Source of the DNA: an uncultured virus (IMG/VR IMGVR_UViG_3300022753_001683)
Lineage: Duplodnaviria > Heunggongvirae > Uroviricota > Caudoviricetes
DNA length: 56,690 bases
Reading direction: 5' to 3' (one strand)
Virus record (IMG/VR): IMGVR_UViG_3300022753_001683
This document shows, one piece after another, positions 14,801 through 27,065 of this stretch (position 1 is its first letter; the number at the start of each line of letters is the position of its first letter). The translations under genes and the position numbers were made by a program. Under the pieces are notes generated by a model that saw only the letters and a list, made by a program, of their open reading frames with translations, did not search any database and was not told the origin of the DNA.

Positions 14801-17800
14801 TCTAACCACTTATCCAAAGCAGTTTTGCCTGCTGTATCTTTGGTAATATCATCTAACCCTAAAAGCAGAGATAATAATTTGCGATCTTCTGACGTTAAAT
14901 TATCAAAATCAATTAAAGCATCTTCTGTATTTGCGAATTTATTTAAAATTTCATATAATGTATTTGAAAATAAAATTGATTTAGACAATGCATTGTCTTG
15001 TGAATTTGCGATATATTGCCATTCTTCACCAATTTTTGCAAATTGATCTTGAGTTAAAATACCATACTATTCTAATAAATCTAACTCTTCTTGTGAGATC
15101 AATCCACCCTCTTGAATTGTTGCTAAAATTTCAGACAATGCAGGAATAGCATTTTTAAAATTTAATAAATTATCGGTTGAACGAGATGATTGTGTCTAAT
15201 GATAATTGTTTAATCCATCAACTTGTGATAAATCTAAAGTTCCACCTTTTGTAAAAAGGCTTAAAATTTTATTTATATCCCCATTAGCCCAATCTTTAAT
15301 TAATTGCTATTCGTAACCACTAAGTTCTGATAACATTTTTTGCTATCTTCTAGTTAACTAATTGCCAAATTCGCCCCATTCTGAAACCCATGCAGTAGAA
15401 TCTTCCAATAAAGTTGCCAAATTACCTTCTGAAAAAATGCCTAAAATGTCACCGCCATAAATATCTGCCAATGCACTCTAATGCTGTGCAAACACAGCTT
15501 GCCCTTCTTCGGTTTGGTAATATGCTAACTCTTCTCCTGTAAGGACATCCATATTACCTTTTGATAAATATAATTTCTATAATACAGGATCTGCAGTTGC
15601 GTAACTAGAAATTAAAGGACTTATATACTACTCTGGATTATTCATAATATCAGTAAGAGTAGGCATAGATAATAATGACGTAATAGGAATTAATAAATCT
15701 TCGACGTCTTCTGACAAAGATTTAATTGTAATCATACCAGACTCTTTATCATAATTATCCATTAATTTGTCTGTTGTCCAATCATATTGACTAATATCAT
15801 AATCGCTATTGGTTGCGAGATAATCTCGATATGATAATAAATAACCACCCATTTGAGCCCAATCTTGTGCTTCTGCATCAGGCACCCAATTCTCAGGTAA
15901 AGAATTTACTAAAATTTCTTCTAATTTATATGGGAGAGCAGTCTATAGCCATTTCATTGTATCTGCATCATATTTAGCAGTTTTATTATTGTCATTTAAT
16001 AAATAATTAGCTAAAATGCCATATTGTGCAGGCTACCAAAGAGCATCAGCCCTTGCTTTAGCTGCCCCTTGTGCAAACACAGTATCTGTATTTACAGTTA
16101 AAACACCTGTATCTGTTAAAGCTCCTACAAAAGCGTTTGGATCAAAAACACTGCCATATTGAGCAGATGGATCCATCCATAAATGAAGCTATTGCTCTAA
16201 TGCGTAAGGTAAATGTCCATTGTTTAAATAATCTAAAACTGCTTCTCCGGCATTTTTATATGTTTTATCATATTGTGTACTTGCCCAAGTTAAAGCTTCA
16301 GTAACAACAGTATTAATTAACGCTCTTTGATCATATTCATAATCATCGCCACTAAGAGTCTTAAAAAACTTGTCGCCATCTGCGCTGTTTAATAACCATT
16401 GAATCGCTTCATAATTTTCAACAGACCAGCCTTGTGTTGTGTCATAACCAACCTCTTGTGCATCCTCAGGAGTTAAATTATGTCTAGTTTCTCCCGATGG
16501 ACTAGTAAAAGTTGTAGCATATTCAGGCTTAAAAGCGGTACCATATGGATTTGCCCAACCTAATATATATGGCAAAGAACTTTCTCGTGATCCAAGTGCC
16601 TCTAATCCCGGAAAAGCTTCTTGTAAAATTTCAGGAATTATTTCTGAAGTAGTTTCCCACTTAATAGCTCCAAATAACATAGAATGCTTAGTAGTTTTTG
16701 TTTCAGTATTAGTTAAAACATTTCCTGAAGCTCCCGCCATTTCAGCACGTCTTTCTTGCGCAATTTCCAATTGACGCATGGATGATTCTCCTAACGCTGA
16801 CCAAGCATACTGCATACCTAAATTACGTTGTTCAACTTCTAAGGCTCTAGAGACCAATAGATCCATATTAATCAAGCCATTATCATCATATAAAGAACTT
16901 AAATCAAAATTATCTCCAAAATATTTTATTGGATCTTTTAATATCTTCCCCAATAAAGGATATGCACTTAATAATTCTAAAGTCGCAGACTAAACATTAC
17001 TTAATGCTTGATACCATGCTGAAGTTCCTTCAGTGCAATTATCTAATGCTTCTCTAACACTTGTATAAGAATCAAAATCATCTTCTAAAGAAGATATTTT
17101 ATTTTTAGTATTGGTAATTGCTGTGCTTAACTCTTCAACCTAAGATTTTAAATTTTGCAAATTTTCATCTACACTCATAGGCTTTTCGACTTCTTTTCTA
17201 AAAGCAACGAATGCACCTACAACTAAAGCCAATGCTCCTACAATTAAAGTTAATGGCCAAATTGCAGTATTTAATGCAACACCAAAACCTGTGACTGCAT
17301 GTGTTGCACCAGCCGCGCCTGCTCCAACCGCAGCCGTTCCTGCCGCGCCAGCAGCTCCAGCAGCAGGCAATAGTGACATTACGCCGATTAAGCCTTGACT
17401 GATAGAAACAAGAGTCATTACAGTTGTAATAACAAATCCTAAAATTGCATCGAATTTTTCCCAGCCAGACACTTCAGGATCTTTTAATGTGTCAACTAAA
17501 CCCTTAAAAGAATTAATTAAACCATAAATTGATTCAAGACTTCCTGCAATATCTAAAACTGCATTTAAATTTTTAGATGTTTTTTGTGCGGCTTGAGCAA
17601 AAGCTTGTTCCATCTTTTCGCCAGCTTCTTCTGCATCTTTACCCAGTTTATCTAATTTAGATCCACCTTTTTCCCATTCTTGGAATAACTCTTCAAAACG
17701 GCTTTTTAATTCTGGTGGTACCATATTTAAAATAATCGCTTTAATTTTTGGTACATTTTTAGATAATTTCGCTTCAGCCTTAGACATACCTTCAGAAATT

Positions 17801-20235
17801 AAATTAAATAATTGTTCAATTTCTGCTTTTGTTTTATCCCCAGCAAAAGCTTCTTCTAATGATCCAGCGTTGCCTTTAATTTTCGCAACTTGACCATTAA
17901 TTAATTTACTACCTGTTTCTTGTCCAATTCGTTCTAATTCTTTAGCATATTGCAATAGATCTTTTAGAATTTCAGCATCACTACGATTAGATGCAAATAA
18001 TTCTGGTGCTTCAATTGTTCCAAAAGTTTGTTCAATTTGTTTTCCCATATTTTTAACATCTCCAAAAGCTGTAACCAATGTCTAAGCAGAAGAAACCGCC
18101 TAATCAAATGTTAAATTTTCTAAATCCTTAAAACCTAATTTAGTAAAACTAGAACCAAGCTCTTGTGCAAGCTAAGATACGGTTTTTTCAAGTTCTTTAG
18201 TGGAAGTAGCATCTGTTGTAAACTTAACTTTAATATCAGCCGCATCCACTAAAAATTTTTTATTTGCTTCTTCTGTAAATTTTTTCTTTTCTCGCGCATT
18301 TAAATAAGCATAATCCTTATTCTATTTATGAGCTCTAGCTTTAGCTTCTTGACTTACTACTTCATCTACTAATGAAGATTTTTCTTTTTTCATGTTAGTC
18401 TGACGTTTTTGCTCTAATTGCATTAACTCATTTAATGCAGCAATTTGTTCTTGATAAGCTGAAATTACTGCTTTAGCTTGCGCAATTTGTCCTTCTGACA
18501 TATTTTTTGATGCAACTAATAATTGATCTTTTTTCTCAGAAACTTTTAAAGCTGCATTAATTTGCATATCTTGTGATGGATCTAATACTGAACTATCTTT
18601 CTAAATTTTTTGTAACTCTTGACGCATCTGCGCTGAATTTTGTAAAAATCTAGTTTGTTCATTCATTCCAGTAAATGCGTCTTTAATTTTTGTAGTAATT
18701 TTTGTAATACCGTTTGCAATATCATCACTAAAAGCTTGAGTTAATGCACCACCAACAGTTCCGATAATACCAGCGACACCGCCCATACCATCAATTAAGC
18801 CGCCAAGAGTAGTTACAATTTTTTCAATTGCATTAGTCACTCCGACCAAAGCTTTATCATTAATTAAACTACTAAAAATTTTTTCCCAGGCTGCTTGAAC
18901 TCTTCTGGATGCTGCCTCCCAAGATTCTGCTGCAATATCTGCCATTTCTTGTAAAGAACCTTCCGCATTTGTTGCAATAGACATATTGGACTTATACATA
19001 GAAGAATTTTCCATTAAGGCCATCCATTGAGTATATTGTCGTTTACCGGCAATCACTTGTGCTATAGCAGTTTGCTCTGCTCGTCCCATTTCTCCCCATT
19101 TGGCCATTAAATCTTCAATAATTGTTCCCATATCTCTCAATTCGCCGTTAGCATCTAAAATAGATACACCAACTTTTTCTAATTGAGAAGATACTTGTCC
19201 AAGATTTACCCCGTCTTCTAATGTCTCTCCAAGTTTCAAATCACCAATACGAGCAAAAATTGTTTTAAATGCAGTACCAATAGATTCTGCGGATTCACGA
19301 GTAACAGAACTAACTGTAGCAATAATGGAAGAAACTTGCTCCATTGATACACCAACTGTATTAGAAGTTGCAGCTACTTTTTGCATAGAAGTTGCAATTT
19401 CTTCTAAGCTAGTGGCGGTTTTTGCACCAAGGGCTGCCATAATATCTACATATCGTTCAAGTTCATCAGCACCGACTTGATAAGAGTTCCATACTGCAGT
19501 TAAATATTCTGACATTTCTTGTGCAGAAGTATTAAAACTTGAATTAGCTGCCTTAATTGTAATTGCTGCTTTTTTAGCTACCTATTCTGCACTATCGCCC
19601 TATTGAAAATAAATCAAAGATGCATCAGCATATGCTTTAGTGGTTGTAGATAATTCTCTCGCCGCGCGATTAGCCTATACAGCAAATCGAGACATATCTT
19701 CTGCACTTTGTCCAGTAACAATACGAATATTTGTTAAAGAACTATTTAAATCTTTTACATAGGACACAGCTCCAGATAATGCACTTTCTAAACCATGTAC
19801 CATTGTAGAAGATAATTCCCATTTTACTGTATTTTTTAAAGTCTGTCCCCATGCAGCTAATGTGCTATTCATGCGCTTAATTGGTACTTCTGCACTGGCA
19901 ATAACAGAAGCCAATTGTGAAAAAGCTGCTTGACCAGTTTGTCCTGCATCTAATAAAGCATTGCCTAATTGAGTAACAGATGTGCCAGCTTTATTTAAAC
20001 TATTAACAAATGTGTTAAGATTTAATTCACCAGTATTTACATTAGTAGCCTCTTGTAAATGCTTTTTTAAATCTTGCGCAGCTTCAGAAGCTTTTTTAAG
20101 TGCTGAATCTGAAATTGCTACTTCCAAATCCACAGTTGACACTTTATTTAAGCTTTTTTGTAATTCACTTAAAGCTTTTTTAGCCTAAGAGGTGTCAGCA
20201 TTAAATTGTAATGTAAACTATCTGTTTCCAGCCAT
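8860..20235 (-). CDS. Tail tape measure protein (~3791 aa), TAG-recoded
   Basis: AAGGAG RBS, ATG at 20235. Sixteen track ORFs lie in one frame, joined by ~41 in-frame TAGs with no TAA/TGA until 8860. TP901-like TMP region (e.g. SVTRESAESIGTAFKTIFARI), long helical segments, and C-terminal YATGG..YTG..WVDGT..PELVLN motif typical of TMP ends. Confidence 0.9.
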
Positions 20236-20256
20236 TTACACAATCTCCTTTCTCTC

Positions 20257-20291
20257 AAAAAAGCCTGACACAAATATTGTGTCAGGCTTTT
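20257..20291 (-). terminator. Intrinsic terminator-like hairpin between the 174-aa gene and the tape measure gene
   Basis: GCCTGACACAA-ATA-TTGTGTCAGGC flanked by A6 and T4 tracts. Confidence 0.7.
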
Positions 20292-20324
20292 CTCCTAATC
20301 TCTATCAAAGTTTATTTAAATAAA

Positions 20325-20849
20325 TTAACCAATCTTATCAAGAATATCCTTCACTAATCCAATCTTATCAGGTTGATCAAGTGTTTTCATAATCTCTTCA
20401 ACATTCAATTTAGTAGCATCATAATCATTAGTTACAGTTTTCATCATTCCAACAAAAGAATTCAAATACTTAACAGTATGCTCCGCACAATCTTCAATCG
20501 CATCAAAAATAGCATCATATTCATCTTCGGGAATTGCAGCAATAACATGATCAAGAACTTCATTAATCATTAATAGATCATAAGTATTCGGAGCATTTTC
20601 TATCATCTTATCAGTAATAGAAATATTTGTATAAGTTTTTACAATTTCAAGAATTGCATAAACTTCTAAACGAACAGGATTCAAAAATCCAGTATCGTCA
20701 ATAGTCAAATTCAATACTCGCTCAACAAGAGCAAGCTTATCATTTACAGGAAGATACTGAATGACTTCAACTTCCTGTTCACCAATCTTAATAGTCTGTG
20801 GATCAACCTTCTTAATAGGGGTGACCGCTTTCAAAGAAACTTTAGCCAT
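20325..20849 (-). CDS. 174-aa protein, possible tail assembly chaperone
   Basis: AAGGAG RBS, no TAG, immediately upstream of the TMP. Confidence 0.6.
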   Translation of the reverse strand: MAKVSLKAVTPIKKVDPQTIKIGEQEVEVIQYLPVNDKLALVERVLNLTIDDTGFLNPVRLEVYAILEIVKTYTNISITDKMIENAPNTYDLLMINEVLDHVIAAIPEDEYDAIFDAIEDCAEHTVKYLNSFVGMMKTVTNDYDATKLNVEEIMKTLDQPDKIGLVKDILDKIG

Positions 20850-20882
20850 GCTAATCTCTCCTTTTTCTCATTTTATGTATAT

Positions 20883-20911
20883 ATTATACCAGAAAATTTT
20901 TTGTTTGTCAA
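20883..20911 (-). promoter_or_regulatory. sigma70/sigmaA promoter for the 20325-20849 gene
   Basis: TTGACA-17 nt-TATAAT with extended -10 TG on the minus strand. Confidence 0.75.
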
Positions 20912-20917
20912 GTTAAA

Positions 20918-22195
20918 TCATCGCGTTCGTCCAATCTAATCTAATATACTTTCTAAATCTGCTAATTCAGATTCAATAAGCTATACAATCTAATTTCGTT
21001 TAGGTCCTATTATTGTTGCTGAAAATTGTCGAGCCCAATACTACTTTTCTTCTAAATCCATTTTGGCTTCAAAATCTTTGATACGTAATGCAAATTTATA
21101 TACAGTTTCCATACCCGCCGCGGATGCGCCATTACTCTTTACGCCATAATAAATAGTTTTACCATTAATATCTACTCCGCCTTCAATATCTTCTGATAAG
21201 AAACCTGGAGCATTATCTACTTGATGTAACCATCCTCGTACAAAATCATCAATGCGCTCATCCCAATTGCCATGATTAGGTTTTAAAAAATCTGGCATAA
21301 TGTCAACTGGATTTTTTAAATTGGGATTATTCATAAGCCTTGTGCTAAAAGTTACTAAAATATTTGCATAAGTTTCTGCTAAATCACCTAAAGAGCTGAT
21401 TTCTACTTTATTCCATTCTCCGCCAATTTTCCACATTAAAAGATTAGTGCCTTTATCTTGCGCAATTTCCATTCTACGAGATAACTCATCATAAAATGCG
21501 GTTAATTGAGTCCCAATAGTTTCTAAAGCTTTATCTATTAAAGTAAAATGTTTGCCATCTGAATCTTTAATAGTTTTAACACGAGCGGTTGCACGACCAC
21601 CATGACTCAAAGAAGCAAAGTCTGTATATAAATATTTTTCACTAAATTCTTTTGCATTACCCAATAAACGAATATCCACAGTGCCTTTTTTACCTTTAAC
21701 AACATACAAATATTCAATACGTCTATTCACTAAATCTAATAGTGCATTTTGAAACTCATTACGTGCCTATTCAGCAGTTAATAATAGTTTATCAATTGTT
21801 CTTTGTTTGCCTTCTAATACACGTAACTTTTGTCGCTGTGCTTCTGCTTCTTTTTTTATATTTAATAATTGTTCCATAGCTTCTCTGCCAGAATCATCCA
21901 AAGATAACTCACCAGACTAATATGCTCTAATTGTATTAATACGGATTTTTGCTATACCAGTGCGCTTCTAAGTTTCTGTTAATTGTGTCATATATTTAGA
22001 AGCTATAGCATTATATTCACTCACAGCTGCATCTAATACCTGATAAGCATCTACAAATAATTTAGCTTTTTCGCGTAATACCTATCCTTGTATATTATTT
22101 TCATCTACTAAAGCGTCAGAAGCTTTTGATAAAATATCAATAATATCATCTGCCGCTTTTTGGGCTGCTTCTGTTATAAAACTATATTTTCCCAT
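20918..22195 (-). CDS. Hypothetical tail-region protein (425 aa), TAG-recoded
   Basis: AAGGAG RBS, ATG at 22195, 8 in-frame TAGs, TGA at 20918; includes track ORF 21041-21730. Confidence 0.7.
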
Positions 22196-22208
22196 AGTCA
22201 ATTACTCC

Positions 22209-22742
22209 TTAAGACAAAGGCTTAATTTGATCTTCTACTCCATGTACGGCATCATAAGTTGCAGACAATCCGCATAATTCACTATTCATATTTAAACCAG
22301 AACAAATTCTTAATGTAACTTCTCCAATTCCAGTTAGCTTTTGACCATTTAACATAGCATCAATTTCGCCCATAATTTTATAAGGACGTAAAGCAAAATC
22401 ACCAAGATTCCAGTGATCTGGATGACATAAAACTTTAATTTCAATTGCACAATCTCTAAATTCAGGATTAGTGTCATTTGGCATAAAATCAGTCATAGAT
22501 ACAATAATATAATTAGGACATTCTTTATCAATAAAAATCCAAGGCACAATTTTAATTTGCTTATTGATCATAGACAATTTTTGTGCCATGGTTAAATTTT
22601 CTGCTTTTAAACAATCTTTTTCAGTATAATAAAGCAGTTTACATAATCTATCATTGTTTAGAATTTTATTAATAATGATCGATAAATCTTTATCTACAGA
22701 TAAAAAACTGGATTTTGGGAAAAAATTTTGTCCGACTTTCAT
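22209..22742 (-). CDS. Putative tail completion/terminator-like protein (177 aa)
   Basis: Intact ORF with AAGGAG RBS next to the tail tube gene; function inferred from size and position. Confidence 0.55.
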   Translation of the reverse strand: MKVGQNFFPKSSFLSVDKDLSIIINKILNNDRLCKLLYYTEKDCLKAENLTMAQKLSMINKQIKIVPWIFIDKECPNYIIVSMTDFMPNDTNPEFRDCAIEIKVLCHPDHWNLGDFALRPYKIMGEIDAMLNGQKLTGIGEVTLRICSGLNMNSELCGLSATYDAVHGVEDQIKPLS

Positions 22743-22766
22743 ATATCATTCTCCTTTTTCGCAAAT

Positions 22767-22805
22767 AAAAAAAAGGGAGATACTAACCGAAGTTAGTATC
22801 TCCCT
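22767..22805 (-). terminator. Strong intrinsic terminator after the tail tube gene
   Basis: 14-bp stem AGGGAGATACTAAC/GTTAGTATCTCCCT, C(UUCG)G loop, U-tract. Confidence 0.85.
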
Positions 22806-22824
22806 ATATTGTCATAGTATTAAA

Positions 22825-23757
22825 TTATTCTTGTGCTTCATCCAACTGACCGAAGATACCAGCATCTTCAACGATCTGAAGAGCAGCAATAACCTTCTTG
22901 GTCTTGTCAAACTTGGTATAATCCGGGAAAGCATCCATGGTAAAGGTGAAGGTGGAAGGATCACCGGTAGGAGCCATGGTGAAGGTGAAGTTAGACTGAA
23001 CCTTGCAGTTTGGAATAATGAACTCTGCAGGGAAGTCATCACCAGTTGCCTGATCACGGAACAAGGTAGAAGCTTCAAGATAGTAAGAACCACCGAACTT
23101 ACCAGCTTCAATATCAATCTGCTTTACGCCCTTAGCAGCTTCGATGTAGTAGTCAACATAAAGAATGTCGCCTTCTGCAACAGTAGGAGCGTTCTGAGTG
23201 GGTAGCTTCAATTCAATATGACGAGCATCCTGATTGTAAGCGGTAGCCCAGTTATCAAGAACATCCTGAATAACCATTTCTGCACCAATATCAGTAGAAG
23301 CAATCTGCATAGGTAGCTTAGAAGCATCAATAGAGCCGTCCTCAGTCATGAGCATGATATACATTTCACCCTGATTAGAAGGCTTCTTCTCAAGCTTAAC
23401 CTTTAGAGCGCCACCATCATTAACAACTTCCAACTGTTCGGTAGCATGAACATAAATCTTCTCATCATCAGAAGCATCCATGAAACCAGCACCAGAAAGA
23501 ATGGAGAAGCTCTCAGGAGAAATCAAAGCATCTTCCATAGTAAAGGTTACAACGCGGTCGCCTTCCCAAGCTACCAAGCGAGGATTACCTTTACCACCCT
23601 GAGCATAAACAGTAGTAGCAGTACCTTCAAGACTGGAAGTCTTCAAGGTATCGAAATAAAGAACAGGCATGTTCTTATCCAAATAAAGCTTACCGAAATA
23701 ACCGCCGGCCTTCTTCTTTAGCACAACGTCACAAATTTCGCGTACACCAAATTTCAT
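22825..23757 (-). CDS. Major tail (tube) protein, 310 aa
   Basis: AAGGAGG RBS; motifs YFDTLKTSSLE..TVYAQGG.GNP.L..W and FTFTM...GDPS.F.FTMD resemble SPbeta-like tail tube proteins; high-expression codon style, no TAG. Confidence 0.75.
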   Translation of the reverse strand: MKFGVREICDVVLKKKAGGYFGKLYLDKNMPVLYFDTLKTSSLEGTATTVYAQGGKGNPRLVAWEGDRVVTFTMEDALISPESFSILSGAGFMDASDDEKIYVHATEQLEVVNDGGALKVKLEKKPSNQGEMYIMLMTEDGSIDASKLPMQIASTDIGAEMVIQDVLDNWATAYNQDARHIELKLPTQNAPTVAEGDILYVDYYIEAAKGVKQIDIEAGKFGGSYYLEASTLFRDQATGDDFPAEFIIPNCKVQSNFTFTMAPTGDPSTFTFTMDAFPDYTKFDKTKKVIAALQIVEDAGIFGQLDEAQE

Positions 23758-23782
23758 AGGTTTTTTCCTCCTTAAAATTCAA

Positions 23783-24529
23783 TTAATGGATATTTTTCAT
23801 CCAATCATTGGGCTTGCCATCGGGTTTACCTCCGGCCAAGCGAGACCGTATGTCTAAATCCCAACTAATCCATAAGCCATATCGTTCAATTAAATCATAT
23901 AGCTAATAAACAGTTAGATCTAAACACTTATCTAGACTCATTGAATTTAATCCAATAGTAAGAATAGATACATAACGAGCTAACACGCTTCCTTCCCCTT
24001 CTCCTCGTAGCTGGGCTGCTCTCTAACGACCTTTCATTAGCTTGGCCGCAATTTGAGCGGCTCGCTCATTAGCAGGGTTGAAATTAGAATTCTATCCACC
24101 CGCAGTATTATTCATACCAGCCATATTTGTTAATACAGCCTAAAAAGCATCAAAATTATTTTCATCTAAAACAAAGTGGTGCTAAGTTTCAGCATTATTA
24201 AAATAGATGCTATGAGGAAGAAATTGAGCGGTATACCCAGGAAAAAGTAATACAAACATTGAAATCATTGCATTTCGTTTTTCATTTACGTTTTTCATTT
24301 CTGGGTCTGTTACCAACGTCATAAATATCTAAAAATTATTCATAGCCTATAGAGCAGAACTGCCCTATGGGTTTGCAGCTATGATTATCTATTTATTGAA
24401 GCATAGTATTTGTAACGATGAAAAATACTATTCTTCGCCTAAGAAAGAAATTTCTCTAATAGTTGGCTAATGTAAACTTGTACCTAATTCTGGAATTGGG
24501 ATATCGGTTCCAGCCATTAACTGCAACAT
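23783..24529 (-). CDS. Head-tail/tail-region protein (248 aa), heavily TAG-recoded; absent from the ORF track
   Basis: GGAGG RBS, ATG at 24529, 11 in-frame TAGs, TAA at 23783. Fills the gap between its neighbours exactly and gives a protein-like translation (MLQLMAGTDIPIPELGTSLH*PTIREI...LTVY*LYDLIERY). Confidence 0.8.
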
Positions 24530-24544
24530 GCATACCCCTCCCTC

Positions 24545-25489
24545 TTAAAACAGCGATTCAACAACAACTGTTTTTACAAGAGGTCCATAATGAATTTCAA
24601 ATTGTCCACTAACCATCGCGGTCCATTGAACAGTTAACACATTTTTATCTGTGCTCCAAGTTAATACATCAGCAACCTCTTTATTATCAGAAGCTAACGT
24701 AATATACCAATAGCAATCGGGATCAATAAGATTAGAGGTATAAGATACACTTTGCAAAGGTTTAATAAATGTTTCTCCAGAAATTTGCGGCGCCAATGGT
24801 GCCTCAACCTCTTTATTGGGATCAACAACCTCTACAAGCAATTCATCATGATGACAATCATAATCTTCTTCTGCAGTCACTTCCAATACTCCTGGTGTAC
24901 TAATAGCATCAGGAGCTTGCACCATCCAAGTGCGTCCCGCAAATGAAAATCTACAGTAGCGCTCAAATAATTGTCGATTTTTTTCTGTATTTGGTACATA
25001 AAAAACTAATGACATATTCGGCACATCTGCAACAATACCAGCCTTTTGAATTGTATTAATTTTAGTTTCAACTGGTCCTCTAATTGAGCCATAGATTGTT
25101 AATTTATCTCCAGTGTCTGGATCTTCTACTTCAATCTCTTGGCATCGTCTAATATTGCCCCTAAAGTAGGCTAACTCCGTTAACTCTTGTTTAAGAATAA
25201 TCCAATGGATATGAGAATCCTTTGGCCATTCAAAAGTATCACCCGGCTTAAAGTCATGTTTCCAATCGACCGATACAATTTTTTCATCATAGTCAAATTT
25301 CACTTTATCCGGATTGATTAATGCCCTACACCATTCAGCATCTTCTGCATCTTTTCTAATCCAACCAGATTGATAAGAATACAAAAGTGCACGATGAAAA
25401 GAGCGTTCTTTATCTCGAATCATGCGCTCACGCTGGCGATCATTATTCGCGTAAATCGCACGAATTCGCATTCTATCTAAATTATCCAT
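24545..25489 (-). CDS. Putative head closure/head-tail joining protein (314 aa)
   Basis: Intact ORF in the head-tail joining block; function from synteny. Confidence 0.6.
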   Translation of the reverse strand: MDNLDRMRIRAIYANNDRQRERMIRDKERSFHRALLYSYQSGWIRKDAEDAEWCRALINPDKVKFDYDEKIVSVDWKHDFKPGDTFEWPKDSHIHWIILKQELTELAYFRGNIRRCQEIEVEDPDTGDKLTIYGSIRGPVETKINTIQKAGIVADVPNMSLVFYVPNTEKNRQLFERYCRFSFAGRTWMVQAPDAISTPGVLEVTAEEDYDCHHDELLVEVVDPNKEVEAPLAPQISGETFIKPLQSVSYTSNLIDPDCYWYITLASDNKEVADVLTWSTDKNVLTVQWTAMVSGQFEIHYGPLVKTVVVESLF

Positions 25490-25772
25490 CCAATAAAGAG
25501 TTAGCTAATTCAGTTAATAAAGAAATAGAACTAAATACAGCTACTCTATATGTCATAAAATCTGTGGTCTGCGGCAAACCTTCTAATTTCGATAAAAGAA
25601 TTAAAAGATTCAATTGATCGCCAAACATTGCCTATAGACCATACAATTCATTCAAAACAGAGCCTAATTGCTTTTGCCAATCCTCATTATTTTCTCGCAT
25701 TGGTAGCAATTTCCAAACTTGGTTTATTAAACGTCTTAAATCTTTATTGAGAGTTTCATTAGAAAAAATCAT
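25482..25772 (-). CDS. Hypothetical 96-aa protein, TAG-recoded
   Basis: ATG overlaps the upstream TGA (ATGA), one in-frame TAG at codon 47, and the TAA overlaps the next gene start. Confidence 0.7.
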
Positions 25773-26407
25773 TTTCCAATTGCCTCCCATCCCCACATAT
25801 CATCACAGTTACAATCTTCTGTGTTAGAAGTTTTATCACTAGTGATTGGGATCCAGTCTGGATCATCGCAATCGCAATTAATATTGCCATTTACATTAGA
25901 ACCAGTACCAGTACCCACTGTTGTGGAAGTGGTAGCACCTCCATCAAATACACTTTGTCTGAAGATACTCCAATTAGATTCAATTCTACCATCACTGGTA
26001 TTTCTACGACGTTTATATAAACGTTGTGCGTGAGTTGACTCACGCACATTCTCTGATTTTAATTGTAATAGTTTAGATAAATGATTGGCTTGAGAAGTCA
26101 TTTTGAAGTCTGAACCAGAATACTTCATTCGAGTATTCTCAATAGAATTGATCTATCGCTCAAGCCAAGCAGTTTTCATCAAAAGAGCTAAAATATGAAT
26201 TTCTTCAATCGTTAGATCGACATTATACTGTTCCAGCTCTTCGTCGTAGTTATACAATTGAAAACGAGGAAATTCAAAAAATGGGATGGCATCCAATAGA
26301 AACTGTTTTACATCACGCAAAGTATCTTCATAGGTCAACTCAAGATACATATCATCTGTAATCTTGCCGAAGAATCTATTATAGATAGTTTCAAAGGATG
26401 TTGCCAT
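25769..26407 (-). CDS. Putative head-tail adaptor (212 aa), TAG-recoded
   Basis: Track ORFs 26153-26407 and 25769-26128 are in frame and joined by one TAG (WLER*INSIENTRMKYSGSDF). Confidence 0.7.
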
Positions 26408-26410
26408 TGA

Positions 26411-27001
26411 TTACGCCTCCTGCTTTGGAGTGACTACCTTATACTGCGGGACTGCGGTACGACGGCCAGTAGCAGGCTGTGCTTCCTCAGTCTTCACACG
26501 ACGCACAGGAGTAATTGCTTCGGCTTTCACGCCAGACTCTTCTTCCTCTGCCTTGCGAGCTTCTTCCAAATGCTTAATCGCTGCGGTTACGTCGAAGCCC
26601 ATCTTTTCTTTGATAGCTTCACGCTTACGATTATCATTTACTGGAAGTGCCACAGCGTGCTTCTTAATTAAATCAAGCACGCCTTCGGGAGCAAAATCCA
26701 AACAATCTAAGAATGCATCAATAGAACCTTTTTCAAGTAGATCAATAACACCCTTTTCATCCAAATAATATTCAGGCTCAACTTTTACAGACATTTCTTG
26801 TAGAGCGGACTCATCCTGAACAAATAGATGCTTGCGAATTAGATTCATGCCGCCGGGCAAATAAGACAGAGCATTTAGTTCGTCCATAGAAATGGTTTTT
26901 ACTTCGTTGGGAGCAAACTCGCGACGAACACCCATTTCCGGCACACTGTATACAACCATAGAACTACTTCTATTCTTTACAGAAACTTTCTTATCACTCA
27001 T
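26411..27001 (-). CDS. Head-associated hypothetical protein (196 aa)
   Basis: AAGGAG RBS, directly downstream of the capsid gene, no TAG. Confidence 0.7.
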   Translation of the reverse strand: MSDKKVSVKNRSSSMVVYSVPEMGVRREFAPNEVKTISMDELNALSYLPGGMNLIRKHLFVQDESALQEMSVKVEPEYYLDEKGVIDLLEKGSIDAFLDCLDFAPEGVLDLIKKHAVALPVNDNRKREAIKEKMGFDVTAAIKHLEEARKAEEEESGVKAEAITPVRRVKTEEAQPATGRRTAVPQYKVVTPKQEA

Positions 27002-27022
27002 ATTTTAAAACTCCTTTTACTC

Positions 27023-27050
27023 AAAAATGGGGAGGGAGTGATCCCTCCCC
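27023..27050 (-). terminator. Intrinsic terminator after the major capsid gene
   Basis: GGGGAGGGA-N4-TCCCTCCCC stem followed on the minus strand by ATTTTT. Confidence 0.75.
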
Positions 27051-27065
27051 GATATATTTATTTAA

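Noticed and set aside
20325..23757. Programmed -1 frameshift tail chaperone pair (lambda G/GT type)
   Set aside because: No convincing slippery site with an overlapping downstream frame; the genes have separate RBSs and stops.
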